NCBI GenBank assembly: GCA_030390025.1
Contig: CM059433.1
Coordinates: 11,472,001 to 11,536,000 of the forward strand
Length of the DNA: 64,000 nucleotides
Reading direction: 5' to 3'
Source of the DNA: Squalus acanthias
Taxonomy: Eukaryota
The notes below the pieces were generated by a model. That model was not told the DNA's origin. It was given only the letters and a program-made list of their open reading frames with translations, and ran no database searches. How positions within the stretch are numbered: position 1 is the first letter of the stretch; each line of letters opens with the position of its first letter. Shown piece by piece: positions 12,664-25,029 of this stretch. A program made the translations under genes and the position numbers.

Positions 12664-13509
12664 GGGGGTGATTTTGCCAATGGGGGCGCGTTGGAGGCGG
12701 GACTGCTGCTTGTCGGGTTTCAGTCCCGCCTCCATCGACTTCTGGCCAACCCACGCTATTTTTCCTTGATTGACCTTGTTAAGCCTGCCCAGCGGGCTTA
12801 GCTGGCCAATTAAGGGAAAGCCGGTGACAGAAAACGTCAGCGTATGACGTTTCATCTTTCAAAAATTTTTGACAGGTGAATTGTCATCGTTTGACAGCTC
12901 TGTGAAGCTGTCAAACACTGACATTCTCTGTTGTTTGGTGAGTTCTTGTACTCAAGGCTCACCAAACCTCTTTCTTTAGCAGAAATCAGATGGCTGTTAA
13001 ATCGGAGAATGCAACAGCCAATCGGTCATCTCTGCCGTGGAGATGCCGGAGCCTCCAGATCCCCAACGATTGAAGCCTGCAGGAAGAAACAAAGGTAAGG
13101 AAACTTTTTCTATCACTTTTCACTCACCTCACATAGTTACCTCTCCACACTTGCACCCATCACTTACCTCCACAGCGCACTTTTGGACCCCTCTCACCCC
13201 CGCAGACCCACTGCTCGCCTCGCTGACCCTGGCGGGGTTTCCCGACATCGGGAAGCCCGCGCCTCTGCTGGAAAAATGGGGATAATCCTCTTAACTGCCC
13301 ATTAACTACCTGTTAACAGGCAGTTAAGTGGCTGTAATCCCCTTCCCGCCTCGAGGAGACAGGACCCGGCGCGGGTCGGATACCCGCCTCCTGGGAAGAT
13401 GGCACGGAGGCGGGTTGGGGGCGGGATGGGTGTCCGCCCCCAGATTCTGCCATTTTCCCAGCAGTCCCGCCTCCATACCTGCCTCCCCAGGGCTGGCAAA
13501 ATCGCCACC
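12664..13509. mobile_element. Harbinger-type MITE, family M1 (~850 bp)
   Basis: TIRs GGGGGTGATTTTGCCA / TGGCAAAATCGCCACC. Colinear with 56289-57131 and inverse to 61471-62316. Sits within a CR1 (CATAGAGT)n tail. Confidence 0.88.
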
Positions 13510-13982
13510 ATAGAGTCAAACGGCACAGAAGGAGGCCATTCGGCCCATCGAGTCCGTGCAATGTTGGGCAACTCGAGTACATTGCAGGCTTTATGCTTCC
13601 GTGCCCAATTTTCCAAGGAGCATCCAATGCCTGCATCATGTTATTGGTTCCAATGAAGTGCTTGAGATGTGCTGTACCTGTTGCTGTGCAGACAAAAATG
13701 GTAATTTTCCGAGTTTGCACACCCGGAAGGGGAGCCTTGCCCACTGAGAGTGCATATTGGAAATTCCAGCACAACCTGTGCACTATTTTCACACCGTAAA
13801 TGAAATGCAGTGCGTGCTGGAATTTCTGACATGGACTTTCACCTGATGAAACTCCCTGCCAGGAGCTCAAAGTTGTTCTGAAAATGTCATGGTGCCTACA
13901 ATGCTGGTTACAAATGTATAAGCCTGCAGTAGGTGTTCTGTCAGGTTCAGCATCACTGGTCACTCCCGTAAATGGACCTTAT

Positions 13983-14419
13983 GTCAGCTGTGGCTCAGTG
14001 GGTAGCACACTCGCCTCTGAGTCAGAAGGTTGTGGGTTCAAGTCCCACTCCAGGGACTTGAGCACATAAAGCTAGACTGACACTCCAGGGGAGTGCTGCA
14101 CTGTCGGAGGTGATGTTTTTCAGATGAGACGTTAAACTGAGGCCTCCTCTGCTCTCTCAGGTGGATGTAAAAGATCCCATGGCACTCTTTCGAAGAAGAG
14201 CAGTGTCCTGGCCAATATTTATCCCTCAACCAACATAACAAAAACAGATTATCTGGTCATTTACATTGCTGTTTGTGGGAGCTTGCTGTGCACAGATTGG
14301 CTGCTGTATTTCCCACATTACAACAGTGACTACACTTCAAAAGTACTTCATTGACTGTAAAGTGCTTTGAGGTGTCCGGTGGTCATGAAAGGCGCTATAT
14401 AAATGCAAGTCTTTCTTTC
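13983..14419 (+). mobile_element. Full-length Deu-domain tRNA SINE (SacSINE1-like)
   Basis: A box TGGCTCAGTGG, B box GGTTCAAGTCC, Deu core, tail GAAAGGCGCTATATAAATGCAAGTCTTTCTTTC. Confidence 0.92.
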
Positions 14420-15436
14420 TACGCTCTGGAGAGCATCCTTGCTGAACAATAGCTAGTTAAGTGACCGGAGGATCCGAACAATGAGAGCCCTCTGTGTACT
14501 GTGCACTGTGATTTCACACTTAGCACTGCGTGACTTCTCCTAACTTAGTGAAATGAAACATGATTGTGAACCAACAAACTGGTTTAATTTACATGCAATA
14601 AACAAGTGAGCAGAACACAGTTTTCACTGTGAGATTCTTCTGTTTCCTACAGCTCTTTGCATCACCCAAATAATGATATAAAGCAATGCTGCTTATGTTA
14701 TGGGCTAAACACACTAATAAGCTACTCTTATAGGGCACATACATACATGCCTCAGCCTGAAGTCTCATAGTCTTACTCACAGACTGGAGCAAAAGTGAGA
14801 ATTCTCGCTTTCTCTTCCTGGCTCAGATTACCCCTGACTGATTTCCCTGGAGAGCAACAGAGAGACAATGGCCAACCTCTGACCACTCCCGGGGCTCTAT
14901 GTGTTAAGGATTTTCTCATCGAGCCACGGTAGATACCACCTTGCATGCAAAACCCCCTCCTCCCTTGGAGTGAGAGCTATGACAACAAGATATAGTCTGC
15001 CCATGACAGGTTTTTTTTTGGTGGCCTGAAAGGTGTGCCATTTCCTGTATAATCTTGCTGCAAGTTTAGCAGCATTTGCCAAAGTGGCCAGATACTAGGC
15101 CAAGATCCGGAGTTGCCAAGTCCTGGCCTTGCACTCCAGAAGCCTACCCCCAACCAGAAATAACTTAATTGACACGAGGGGTTGGGCTGGGGGAGCAAGT
15201 ATTTCCTCCGTAAAGAGTTCCTGTGAATTTGGTCACGAAAAGAACCAATCACATCCTTGGTGGTGGTGCGTCTGGTGAAAGCAGGTCTACGACAGATGTG
15301 GGGCCCACCTGGGGGGTCCAGGCTAGGGTCATAGCCAGGACCCTTGAAGAGCTGCCTGGCAATTTTTTGGTTGAAAAGTTTTAAGCAATGACCACTGTGA
15401 CAGTGGATGCATAGGGCAAAATTATTTGTAATGCCT

Positions 15437-15650
<214 letters not shown>

Positions 15651-15808
15651 CCACTGCTGGATGTTCAACAACTGTCCAGATGTCAAAAGTTGGCAGTTCA
15701 CATTTTATCTGAATGGAAGAAGTAATTAATTAAAAATGTCTTTACTTCCTGTTGAGAAAAGGGCCCCGATTTTGGTCTCTCTCTGCTGGCCTGTTTTTTC
15801 AGGGTGTC

Positions 15809-16215
15809 TTCTTCTTCTTAGGCAGTCCCTCGGAACCGAGGATGACTTGCTTCCACATTAAAAATGAGTTTGCAGGTGACTGATGAGTCCAATGCGGGAC
15901 CTACAGTCTCTGTCACAGGTGGGGCAGACGGTGGTTGAAGGGGCGGGTGGGTCGGGTGCTTGGGTTGACGTGCGCTCCTTGCGCTGCCTGCGCTTGGCTT
16001 CCACTTGCTCCCGGCGAAGAGACTCGAGGTGTTTGGCGCCTTCCCGGATGCTCATCCTCCACTTTGTGCGGTCTTGGGCCAGAGATTCCTCGGTGTCGGT
16101 GGGGGATGTTGCACTTTTGCAAGGAGGCTTTGAGGGTGTCCTTGAAGCATTTCCTCTGCCCACCTGGGGCTCTCTTGCCATGTCGGAGCTCCGAGTAGAG
16201 CGCTTGTTTTGGGAG
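15809..16215 (-). mobile_element. RTE-clade LINE 3' end
   Basis: KRFKDTLK..AQDRTKWR..CPTCDRDCRSRIGLISHLQTH (C2H2-like C-terminus); (GAA)n tail. Confidence 0.9.
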
Positions 16216-16529
16216 TCAGAGGGTAGCAAGACCAAAATGACAAAATGCTAACTTTGAGCGGGCCTTGAGTTAAGCAGCCAGTGCTCCAGCCAGAAACAGG
16301 TGGGAGCCTCATTGTACAATGCAAATCAGGGTCCTATGACGCTGTGCAGACCCTGATGCCATTTTGGTGCAGTGAAGCATGGCGACCCTGAGTGTTGGGT
16401 CTGCCCACAAAACGAAGCGGAAGACAGCTAGAACCAGCATCCCTTAAAGAGATCGCTGGAAACAGAGGGGAGCAATACCAAGTAATTTATTTGCACTTAT
16501 TGGTCATAATTGTTTTCGCTATACCTCGC

Positions 16530-16732
16530 TGCTAATCCTCCACCTCTTAACTTTCTTTTCCTCCTTTAAGGCCATCCTTAAGACCCAATTCTTTGGCCAA
16601 GCTTTTGGTCAATCCTCCTGATATATCCTTCTTTGGCTCGGCGTCCATTACCATTTGATTGCACCTCTGTGAAGCGCCTTGGGATGTTTTTCTACATTAA
16701 AGGTGCTATATAAATGTGAGCTGTTGTTATTG
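16530..16732 (+). mobile_element. L2 3' tail fragment
   Basis: CCTTTAAG..CTGTGAAGCGCCTTGGGATG..AAAGGTGCTATATAAATG. Confidence 0.8.
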
Positions 16733-17154
16733 ATCCTCTGGTAGGGTCCAAGGAGGAAGTGGCAGGAGGGGTGAGCACAACGGGAAGGAGGTTGGTGAGG
16801 TTAGCCCCTAGTGGGCGCTACACACTCACAATTGAGTTTTAATTTATAAAAGGTGTGGGCTGCTTATGGAAGCTGCCTTTTGCGGCAAGTAAAAGAGTGT
16901 TGGGAACAAATTTAAATTGTAACGAGGTGATCTGAAGAAGTGGTTGGAACTTGTAATGGACTCTCACAACTTTAGGCCAGCACAGCGGAAGCAGTAGCAC
17001 ATACGTAACCCAAAGTTTAAACCAGTCACTCACCATTCTTGTCAGCATAGAATAAGAGTCGAATTATTCACAGGTGACCTGAATAACTAAACGCTGAACA
17101 GTATTTAACTAGAGAAAAAATAGCGAGCAATTTGTAGTTTTGTCACCCATTTGA

Positions 17155-17475
17155 TTCTTCGGCAGCACCTCCAAAACCCATGACATCCACCACCTAGAAG
17201 GACAAGGGCAGTAGGTGCATGGGAACACCATCACCTCCAAGTTCCCCTCCAAATTACACACCATCCTGACTTGGACATATTTCACCATTCCTTCATCGTC
17301 GCTGGGTCAAAATCCTGTAAACTCCCTACCTGTTGTTTGCGGGAGTACCTTCACCATACGGACTGCAGCAGTTCAAGAAGAAGGCCTGTCACCGCCTTCT
17401 CAAAGGCAATTAGGGATGGGCAATAAATGCCGGTCTTGCCAGCAACGCCCACATCCCAAGAATTAATATTTTAAA
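17155..17475 (+). mobile_element. Family B LINE 3' fragment
   Basis: Same 3' sequence as the reverse complement of 2233-2560; AATTAGGGATGGGCAATAAATG tail. Confidence 0.9.
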
Positions 17476-18063
17476 AATATCCTATTCTTAAACTATTCAT
17501 AATTCAAATAAGCTAGCAGTTTGTTTTAAATAAATTATTTAGCACCTCATTTTCAGTGTTTACTTACCTAGCATCATTAAAGAGGATGTTTTATGTTTTT
17601 AGAAATCAGAGTGTTAATCTCGCATGTTTGTGTTAAATTTAACGGCAGTAAATAGAATGGCTAATTACTTTGGTTTTCCTCTGGGTGAGTGTCTTTTCGT
17701 TAGCCTTCCTGACAGAATCCTAGCCAGCCAAGACTCATTTGCAATCATGCTTATTCCATGCTTCTCAAATAGCTTAACAGCCACATAAGTAGTGAAGTTA
17801 ATCCAGCTCTGGAGAGTGGGAACTGTAGGAAATTAAGCAGAGACGCAAATTTACACAACCTGACTCACTGATCGGATTCTAAAAGGCTGAGTTATAGATT
17901 ACAGCATTAGAACCAACAGAGTGGGTCTCGTGTGTGTAATCGACCCCTCAGTTTAGAAATCAGAAGCAAAGAGTAAAGTACAAATTGAGTTCTAAAAGGG
18001 GTATACATTGTCTACTTGTATTGTTTTTATTGAAAATTATATTTAAATTAATTTCTTGGTTAG

Positions 18064-18110
18064 TTCTGGCCTTCTTTCTACTCATAATGATTTATTTAAA
18101 CATCCAAAGC
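18064..18110 (+). CDS. Candidate coding exon 2 ((I)LAFFLLIMIYLNIQS)
   Basis: TTTCTTGGTTAG acceptor and GTAAGA donor; phase 1-0, compatible with 11676-11709; hydrophobic translation. Confidence 0.3.
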
Positions 18111-18180
18111 GTAAGATTTTTGAATTCCCAGGAGCAAGAATGAAATATGCAGCTGAGAGACACATTGGCGCTCTTCGACA

Positions 18181-19465
18181 TGATACAAAGCTGGGTGGGA
18201 ATGTCAGTTGTGAGGAGGATGCAAGGAGGCTTCAAGGGGATGTAGACAGGCTCAGTGAGTGGGCAAGAACATGGCAAATGGAATATAATGTGGAGAAAGG
18301 TGAAGTTATCCACTTTGGTAGGAAAAATAGAAAAGCAGAGTATTTTTTAAATGGTGAGAGATTGGGAAATGTTGGTGTTCAGAGGGATCTGGGTGTCCTT
18401 GTACACGAATCACTGAAAGTTAACATGCAGGTACAGCAAGCAATTAGGAAAGCAAATGGTATGTTGGCCTTTATTACAAGAGGATTTGAGTATAAGAATA
18501 AAGATGTCTTACTGCAATTATATAGGGCCCTGGTGAGACCACACCTGGAGTATTGTGTACAGTTTTGGTCTCCTTACCTAAGGAAGGATATACTTGCCAT
18601 AGAGGGAGTGCAACGAAGGTTCACCAGACTGGTTCCTGGGATGGGGGGATTGTCCTATGAGGAGAGATTGAGTAGACTAGGCCTATATTCTCTAGAGTTT
18701 AGAAGAATGAGAGGTGATCTCATTGAAACATACAAAATTCTTACAGGGCTTGACAGGGTAGATGCAGGGAGGATGTTTCCCCTGGCTGGGGAGTCTAGAA
18801 CCAGGAGTCACAGTCTCAGAATAAGGGGTCGGCCATTTAGGACTGAGATAGGAGAAATTTCTTCACTCAGAGGGTGGTGAATCTTTGGAATTCTCTACCC
18901 CAGAGGGCTGTGGAGGCTCAGTCGTTGAGTATATTCAAGACAGAGATCGATAGATTTTTGAATATTAAGGGAATCAAGGGATATGGGGATAGTTCAGGAA
19001 AGTGGAGATGAGGTAGAAGATCAGCCATGATCTTATTGGAGAAACTTCTTCACTCAGAGGGTAGTGGGTCTGTGGAATTTGCTACCCCAGGAAGCTGTGG
19101 AAGCTACATCACTAAATAAATTTAAAACAGAAATAGACAGTTTCCTAGAAGTAAAGGGAATAAGGGGTTACGGGGAGCGGGCAGGAATTTGGACATGAGG
19201 CTGAGTTCGGATCGGTCAAGGCCCTGTGGGTGGCGGAGCGGGCCCAGGGGCTGAGTGGCCGGGTCTTGCTCCTACTTCTTGTGTTCTTTAGATTTGAGGT
19301 GAGGATCGGACAGCCATGATCTTATTGAATGGCGGAGCAGGCTCGAAGGGCTGATTGGCCTACTCCTGCTCCTATTTCTTATGTTCTTATGTTCTTATGT
19401 TCTTATTGAATGGCTGACTCGAAGGGCCAAATGGCCGACTCCTGCTCCTATTTCTTATGTTCTTA
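18181..19465 (+). mobile_element. CR1 LINE 3' ~0.9 kb with a second CR1 nested in its 3'UTR
   Basis: ORF 18056..18880 (DTKLGG, LYRALVRPHLEYCVQFWSP); 3'UTR resumes at 19401. Confidence 0.95.
19039..19400 (+). mobile_element. CR1 3' fragment, double-3'UTR family
   Basis: Flanked by TCTTATTG duplications (19031-19038 and 19401-19408); same family as 42268, 45687 and 59059. Confidence 0.9.
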
Positions 19466-19859
19466 CTGTGCGTCCATTTTAAAATGCCACTAATCTGAGC
19501 GATACTCAGCTGAGTGGAATGCTGGTGAGTGTATAGTGCAGTGGGATCTTTGAAAGTCCAACGGGAGTTGATGGGGTGGGCATTTACCTTCCACAGCCTT
19601 GTCCCACAAGCAGTAACACTGAACCAGTTCATTTAACAACTGCAGCAAAACCCGTGTTAAACAGGCACGCTGCCAAAGAGCCTAGCTGCTCCATTGCCGA
19701 TTTAACTTCTGTTCAAAGAGTGAGATCATTCCTACCTGGTCATTTTAAAGTTTGACCCAGCAGAAAACAACTGAATCTTTCATTGAAAAGTTGTTAACAA
19801 GGACTTACAGGCAACAGCAGATTTTTCAACAAATGTTTTTTTTATCAATTTCCCCCTTC

Positions 19860-20270
19860 CCTTTATATCGCACCTTTCACATCCTCAGGATGTCACAAAG
19901 CACTTCACAGCCAATGAAGTCCTTTTGAAATATAGTCACTATTGTAATATAGGGAAACAGAGCAAGATCCCACAAACAGGAATGAGCAGATCAGCTGTTT
20001 CCATGATATTGGTTGAGGGATAAATATTGGCCAGGAGACTCGGCAAACTCCCCTGCTCTTCTTCAAAGACCTTTTCCATGCCTCTGAAAGGGTAGACAGA
20101 CAGGGCCTCAATCTACTGTTCCATATGAAAGGTGGCACTTCCAACAGTGCAGCACTCCCTCAGTACTACAGCATAGCGTCAGCCTGGATTATGAGCGCAA
20201 GGCTGGGAGTGGGCCCAGAAGCCACAATCTTCCGACTCAGAGGCGAGAGTGCTGCCACTGACTGACACCT
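19860..20270 (-). mobile_element. Deu-domain SINE (SacSINE1-like)
   Basis: Reverse-complement similarity to 13983-14419. Confidence 0.85.
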
Positions 20271-20601
20271 AAGGAGGAAAACAGGGAATAGCACAAAAAA
20301 ATAAATTAAAATGGCAGTTTTGATTTACCTCCAGGTTTTCTGCAATTCCCCATTAAAAAAAACTGTGGGAAACGTATCCCTAAGTAATTAAGAGTCTCGT
20401 ACCTCTGCTATTGAAGTGATAATTTTAGCATTAAAGTGCACATATGTATACACTTTCTCGGTGAATTGTCTTGATAAGTGTGTAAAGATGTTAAGAGACT
20501 CAGTAACTCAGCTAATAGCAGTGCACGGCATTGTTAGTTGTCAGTCTTGCTCAGACTCGCTGGCAGCATGCTCTTTGCTTTTTCTTTGTTCTTTACTTCA
20601 G

Positions 20602-20622
20602 GCTGTCAGACAATCCAAGTCC
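20602..20622 (+). CDS. Candidate 21-bp micro-exon (AVRQSKS)
   Basis: Long polypyrimidine tract plus CAG, GTATGC donor, phase 0-0. Confidence 0.25.
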
Positions 20623-21009
20623 GTATGCTTTGCCATTTACTTGTAAGGATGTTGTTTTTGTGAGTTAAATTTGAGCCAGACTGGGTAATCATGAGTCTCC
20701 TGAGCTCTCGTCAGTCTGTTACATGTCATTTTATGTTCGCCATATAAATCAGGCTAACTAGTACTTACTATAAAATGACTGATCTCTCTATACCTCAGCT
20801 ATGTGCTTTATATGGATTATAGGAATAAGGACTCAGTTCCATGTATTGTAGGAATTTGACATGTATTTTATTTGATGTATGAAACAATTACTGTCAATGT
20901 TAATTATGACCAGTTGACTATCCTGTGCCTCAGTAAATAAACACACCTCCTGGTGTGATATAAAGCCATAGAGATGATGAAGATTACACCTTCAATCTTA
21001 GGTTTGGTG

Positions 21010-21300
21010 ATAAGTTAGGCGATCTGAGCTGGAGTAGCAGTTGAGACATGACCATTCATTTCAGCATTCCTGGGCTGCAGATGGGAAAATTCAGCCAGAG
21101 TTCCTCCACTTGATCACTATCCAGATACTCTGATGGAAAGTGCTTGCGTACGGATATCAGGTAAGAACCGGGCTGGGCCTCACAAATGAATTGTCCGCGG
21201 TACTCGCTGTTTGGATTCGCACGTGACCAACAGTTGCTTGGGTGAGGTACTGGAAGGCTGATGGTGCCTGTGGAACTTTACTCCAACAAGATTTGAGGAG
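21010..21300 (+). mobile_element. Old SINE-like repeat, family not assigned
   Basis: Resembles a shark interspersed repeat known from memory (GATCTGAGCTGG..CCTGGGCT..CAGCCAGAGTTCCT..TGATCACTATCCAG..TGAGGTACTGGA); only one copy in the window. Confidence 0.45.
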
Positions 21301-21600
21301 AAGAGAGGACAGAAAGAGGGGAAAACTGGAAAAAAATATTGTGAGCTTGCTCCAGTAAAACCAATTCACACGTTGGCATAACGCTTGCACTGCATTGAAA
21401 TACTTAGGGTACAGTAATAGATTATAGTGCTAGATTATACACAGCCAGAACCTGATGGAATTGAATTAGTTTATTATTATAAGTAGCTTTATTCCAAAAC
21501 TTGAAAGGACTCATTTGGTGGGAAATTCAAATTGTTGTTAATCACATCTTGAATCGCAATCATTTTGTAATATCCATAAAGCTCAAAATTGCTTTATTCA

Positions 21601-21900
21601 GAGACTGGATAATCTCATGGAAGGCACATCACCCTTTCACTTTGGATACCAGGGTATGAATCCAGTTCAGATTGATGGGATGGATAATCTAAGTGTTCTT
21701 AGTTCTTAAGCTTGACATCTCAGTTCAATTTCTGGTGGACAACAGTCCACATGACATGACCACTCATATCCTATGAGTAATTTGGTAATCTTACCCAGAG
21801 AGGCCATAAACATGTTGGCGTATGAAATGCAGTTCACTTTAACACAGTAGGGATGTGTTCTGTAGGGAAACAATCTTTTCACTTTCGAGTGAAGGTGCAA
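21601..21900 (+). mobile_element. LF-SINE-like ancient SINE
   Basis: Head GACTGGAT..CCTTTCAC..GAATCCAG, core CAGTTCAATTTCTGGTGGACAACAGTCCACAT and TTGGTAATCTTACCCAGAGAGGCCA resemble the LF-SINE consensus as I recall it. Confidence 0.55.
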
Positions 21901-22016
21901 GTGAGTTGTGTTAAGCATGCTATGAATGGTTTGTTTACTGTAATATATCACTTCTCACCATATATACTGCTTGCACTGCACATTCAAATTTACTTACAGA
22001 TTTACAAATGAAACGT

Positions 22017-23036
22017 AACATAGAACATAGAACATAGAACAGTACAGCACAGTACAGGCCCTTCGGCCCTCGATGTTGTGCCGAGCATTGTCCGAGACCA
22101 AGATCAAGCTATCACACTCCCTATCACTCTGGTGTGCTCCATGTGCTTATCCAATAACCGCTTGAAAGTTCCTAAAGTGTCCGACTCCACTATCACAGCA
22201 GGCAGTCCATTCCACACCCCAACCACTCTCTGAGTAAAGAATCTACCTCGGACATCCCTTCTATATCTCCCCCCATGCACCTTATAGTTATGCCCCCTTG
22301 TAACAGCTGCCTCTACCCGAGGAAATAGTCTCTGAACATCCACTCTATCTATCCCCCTCATCATCTTATAAACCTCTATTAAGTCGCCTCTCATCCTCCT
22401 CCGCTCTAAAGAGAAAAGCCCCAACTCCCTCAATCTTTCCTCATAAGACCTCCCCCCCAAACCAGGCAGCATCCTGGTAAATCTCCTTTGCACTCTTTCC
22501 AATGCTTCCACGTCCTTCCTATAGTGAGGTGACCAGAACTGCACACAATATTCCAAATGTGGTCTCACCAAGGTCCTGTACAGTTGCAGCATAACCTCAC
22601 GGTTCTTAAACTCAAACCCTCTGTTAATAAACGCTAACACACCATAGGCCTTCTTTACTGCTCTATCCACTTGAGTGGCAACCTTCAGAGATCTGTGGAT
22701 ATGAACCCCCAGATCCCTCTGCTCCTCCACGTTCCTCAGAACCCTGCCGTTGACCCTGTAATCCTTATTCAAATTTGCCCTACCAAAATGAATCACCTCG
22801 CACTTATCAGGGTTAAATTCCATCTGCCATTTTTCGGCCCAGCTCTGCATCCTATCAATGTCTCTTTGCAGCCTACAACTGCCCTCCACCTCATCCACTA
22901 CTCCACCAATCTTGGTGTCATCAGCAAATTTACTGATCCACCCTTCAGTCCCCTCCTCCAAGTCATTGATAAAAATCACAAACAGCAGAGGACCCAGCAC
23001 CGACCCCTGTGGCACACCGCTGGTAACTGGTCTTCA
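22017..23036 (-). mobile_element. CR1 LINE 3' ~1 kb with an uninterrupted RT C-terminal ORF (303 aa)
   Basis: ORF 22104..23015: PQGSVLGP, FADDTK, LYRTLVRPHLEYC; (CATAGAA)n tail. Confidence 0.97.
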
Positions 23037-23227
23037 ATATTTCAAATCTATAATTTTAAAGTCTTTCATTTTTGCGCAGGTGAGATGGTTTCAGCTTGAA
23101 GCAATTGTGATGCGTCTCAACAGCATTCTGTAGAATATTGAGAATTCATTGTTTGTTGAGGCTATGGGTCAGATCAGAGAGCTTTGTATGAGAGAGGGAG
23201 AAAGAGAGAAAGAGAGAGAGGGATTAA

Positions 23228-24959
23228 GGCCACGATTTCGCCTACCTCGGCGGGTCTGGGGCGAGCGGAGTCGGTGGCGGATCCCAGCCCCGCTGCTGGC
23301 TCCAGCCCGCTCTGTGAGATGATTTTATGATGATTGGGCTTGTTAAGCCCGCCCTGCGAGGTTCCCGACCAATTGAAGGAAGCGGGTCTGATGACGTCAT
23401 TTGATGACGCTTCATCAGCCAGTTTCCTTAAAGGGACCATGCGCAAATTGATTTTGACAGTTGTGCTGTCGGTGTTCTACAGCATTGAGGTGCTACAGAC
23501 ACTGAAAAGCACTGCACAGAAGGGCACGGCTGCACCCAGGCTCTCCCATTACTCCCTCCATATGCTTATGGAGGGAGTCACAGCACGCAGGGAGGTTCTC
23601 TTCCCTTCCCATGGGTGGAAGGAGACCTCCCCAGGAGACCAACGCAGCCTGGTTGCACATTGCACAGGAGGGCACAAGCAGGGATGTCGTCAGGAGGACC
23701 TGGGTGCAGTGGCACAAATCTTTCAATGATCTCAGTAGATCATGAAACGTTACTGCAAAGCCACACTCAACCTCATCCTGCTGTGCCACACATCACATCC
23801 CCATCACTCTGCCTTCCCTATCCTACTCCTGCACATCCTTACTCACACCAACTTACCTTGCACCTCCACCTATCCCTCTCTATCTACATTATCACTTCCC
23901 CATCTCACTAGCCACCTCTCACACTCACCCTCATCCTAGTGCAATCATACCAACTAACAACACACAAGGGTAGGCACTTGGGTGTGTTGTGCAATGTTCA
24001 TGTGAAGCTTCTGTTAATGTGGTGTCAAACATTGAAACCTTTATTTTCAACACTTTGGGTTCTTGGACAGATTTGTGTGCACCTTTGGAAGTGGCTTAGT
24101 GAGTTGCTGTGAATAGTGAGACATAACGGTACCCCCCGCAATGGTGATGAGTGTGAAAAGAATGGCTTGGGCATTGTAGGGATGCTTTATGGTGCTGGTG
24201 TGGGGTGGTGCCAACCTGGCGCATCATGTGGCAGTCAGGGTGTACAGCATCAACTGAAGTAAATCTGGCCATGGTGAAATCATCACTGGCCTCCCGGGCA
24301 GCAATGTGGTCGGGTGCTGATGCCCTCTGTCCTGTGCAGCATCAGTTGAGCGCAGAGAAGGTTGGTGTTGTTGTTGGTGCTGCTGGTGTGCCTGGTGCTG
24401 CTGTTGTTGGGGCTGATCGTGGTGGGACCAAGGTGAGATAGTTTCAAGGTGAAATTGAGATGACAGAAGTGATCTGTAAATTGTGAGAGAGGCTGTTCCA
24501 ATGAGGTGACACTGGATACAAGGTTTACTCCAAACACTTGCAACCTGCATAAAGCTCAATCTGTCTTCCAAATGCAGTAAGCAACAGCTTCTGAGCTTGG
24601 AAAGTGAACAGCTGTGAGATGGGAGCTTTTATAGCACATTTGCAGCTGTCAAGTAAAGAGATCATTTCATGGTGACACAACTCCTGACCTCCTTACCTGA
24701 CGTGATCCCCGAGCAGCATGGAACCCATGGGCGACCTCATAAAACAGTTAAGGTGAGCTCAAAATTCTATTTAACAAGCTGTTAATCACCTAAATTGCCT
24801 CCCCCGCCGCTTGGTGTCAGGTCTGTTCAGCGCTGACAGACCTGACATCTGGAAAACTAGCGTGGCGGCGGGTTGACAGTGGGTTCCCCACCCGCTGTCA
24901 AAAAAAAATTCCCACCCGACCCGCCACCAAACGCTGATCCCCCCCGAAAAATTCCCCCC
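23228..24959. mobile_element. Internally deleted Harbinger element with a Myb/SANT-like exon (+) and a probable transposase remnant (-)
   Basis: ~23520-23740 reads APRLS..LMEGVTARREVLFP..W..IAQE..RRTWVQW.KSFNDL. GC-rich ends GGCCACGATTTCG / CGAAAAATTCCCCCC. Confidence 0.78.
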
Positions 24960-25029
24960 AAAAAGTACAAAGAGTAGAGAGAAAGAGAGAGCGAGAGAGA
25001 GAGAGAGAGATAAAGAGTACAAAGAGTAG

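Noticed and set aside
13983..14055. tRNA gene
   Set aside because: The A and B boxes belong to a SINE head followed by the Deu core and an L2-like tail.
18056..18880. 274-aa ORF as a host gene
   Set aside because: It is CR1 ORF2 from ~18181; the upstream residues are fortuitous flank.
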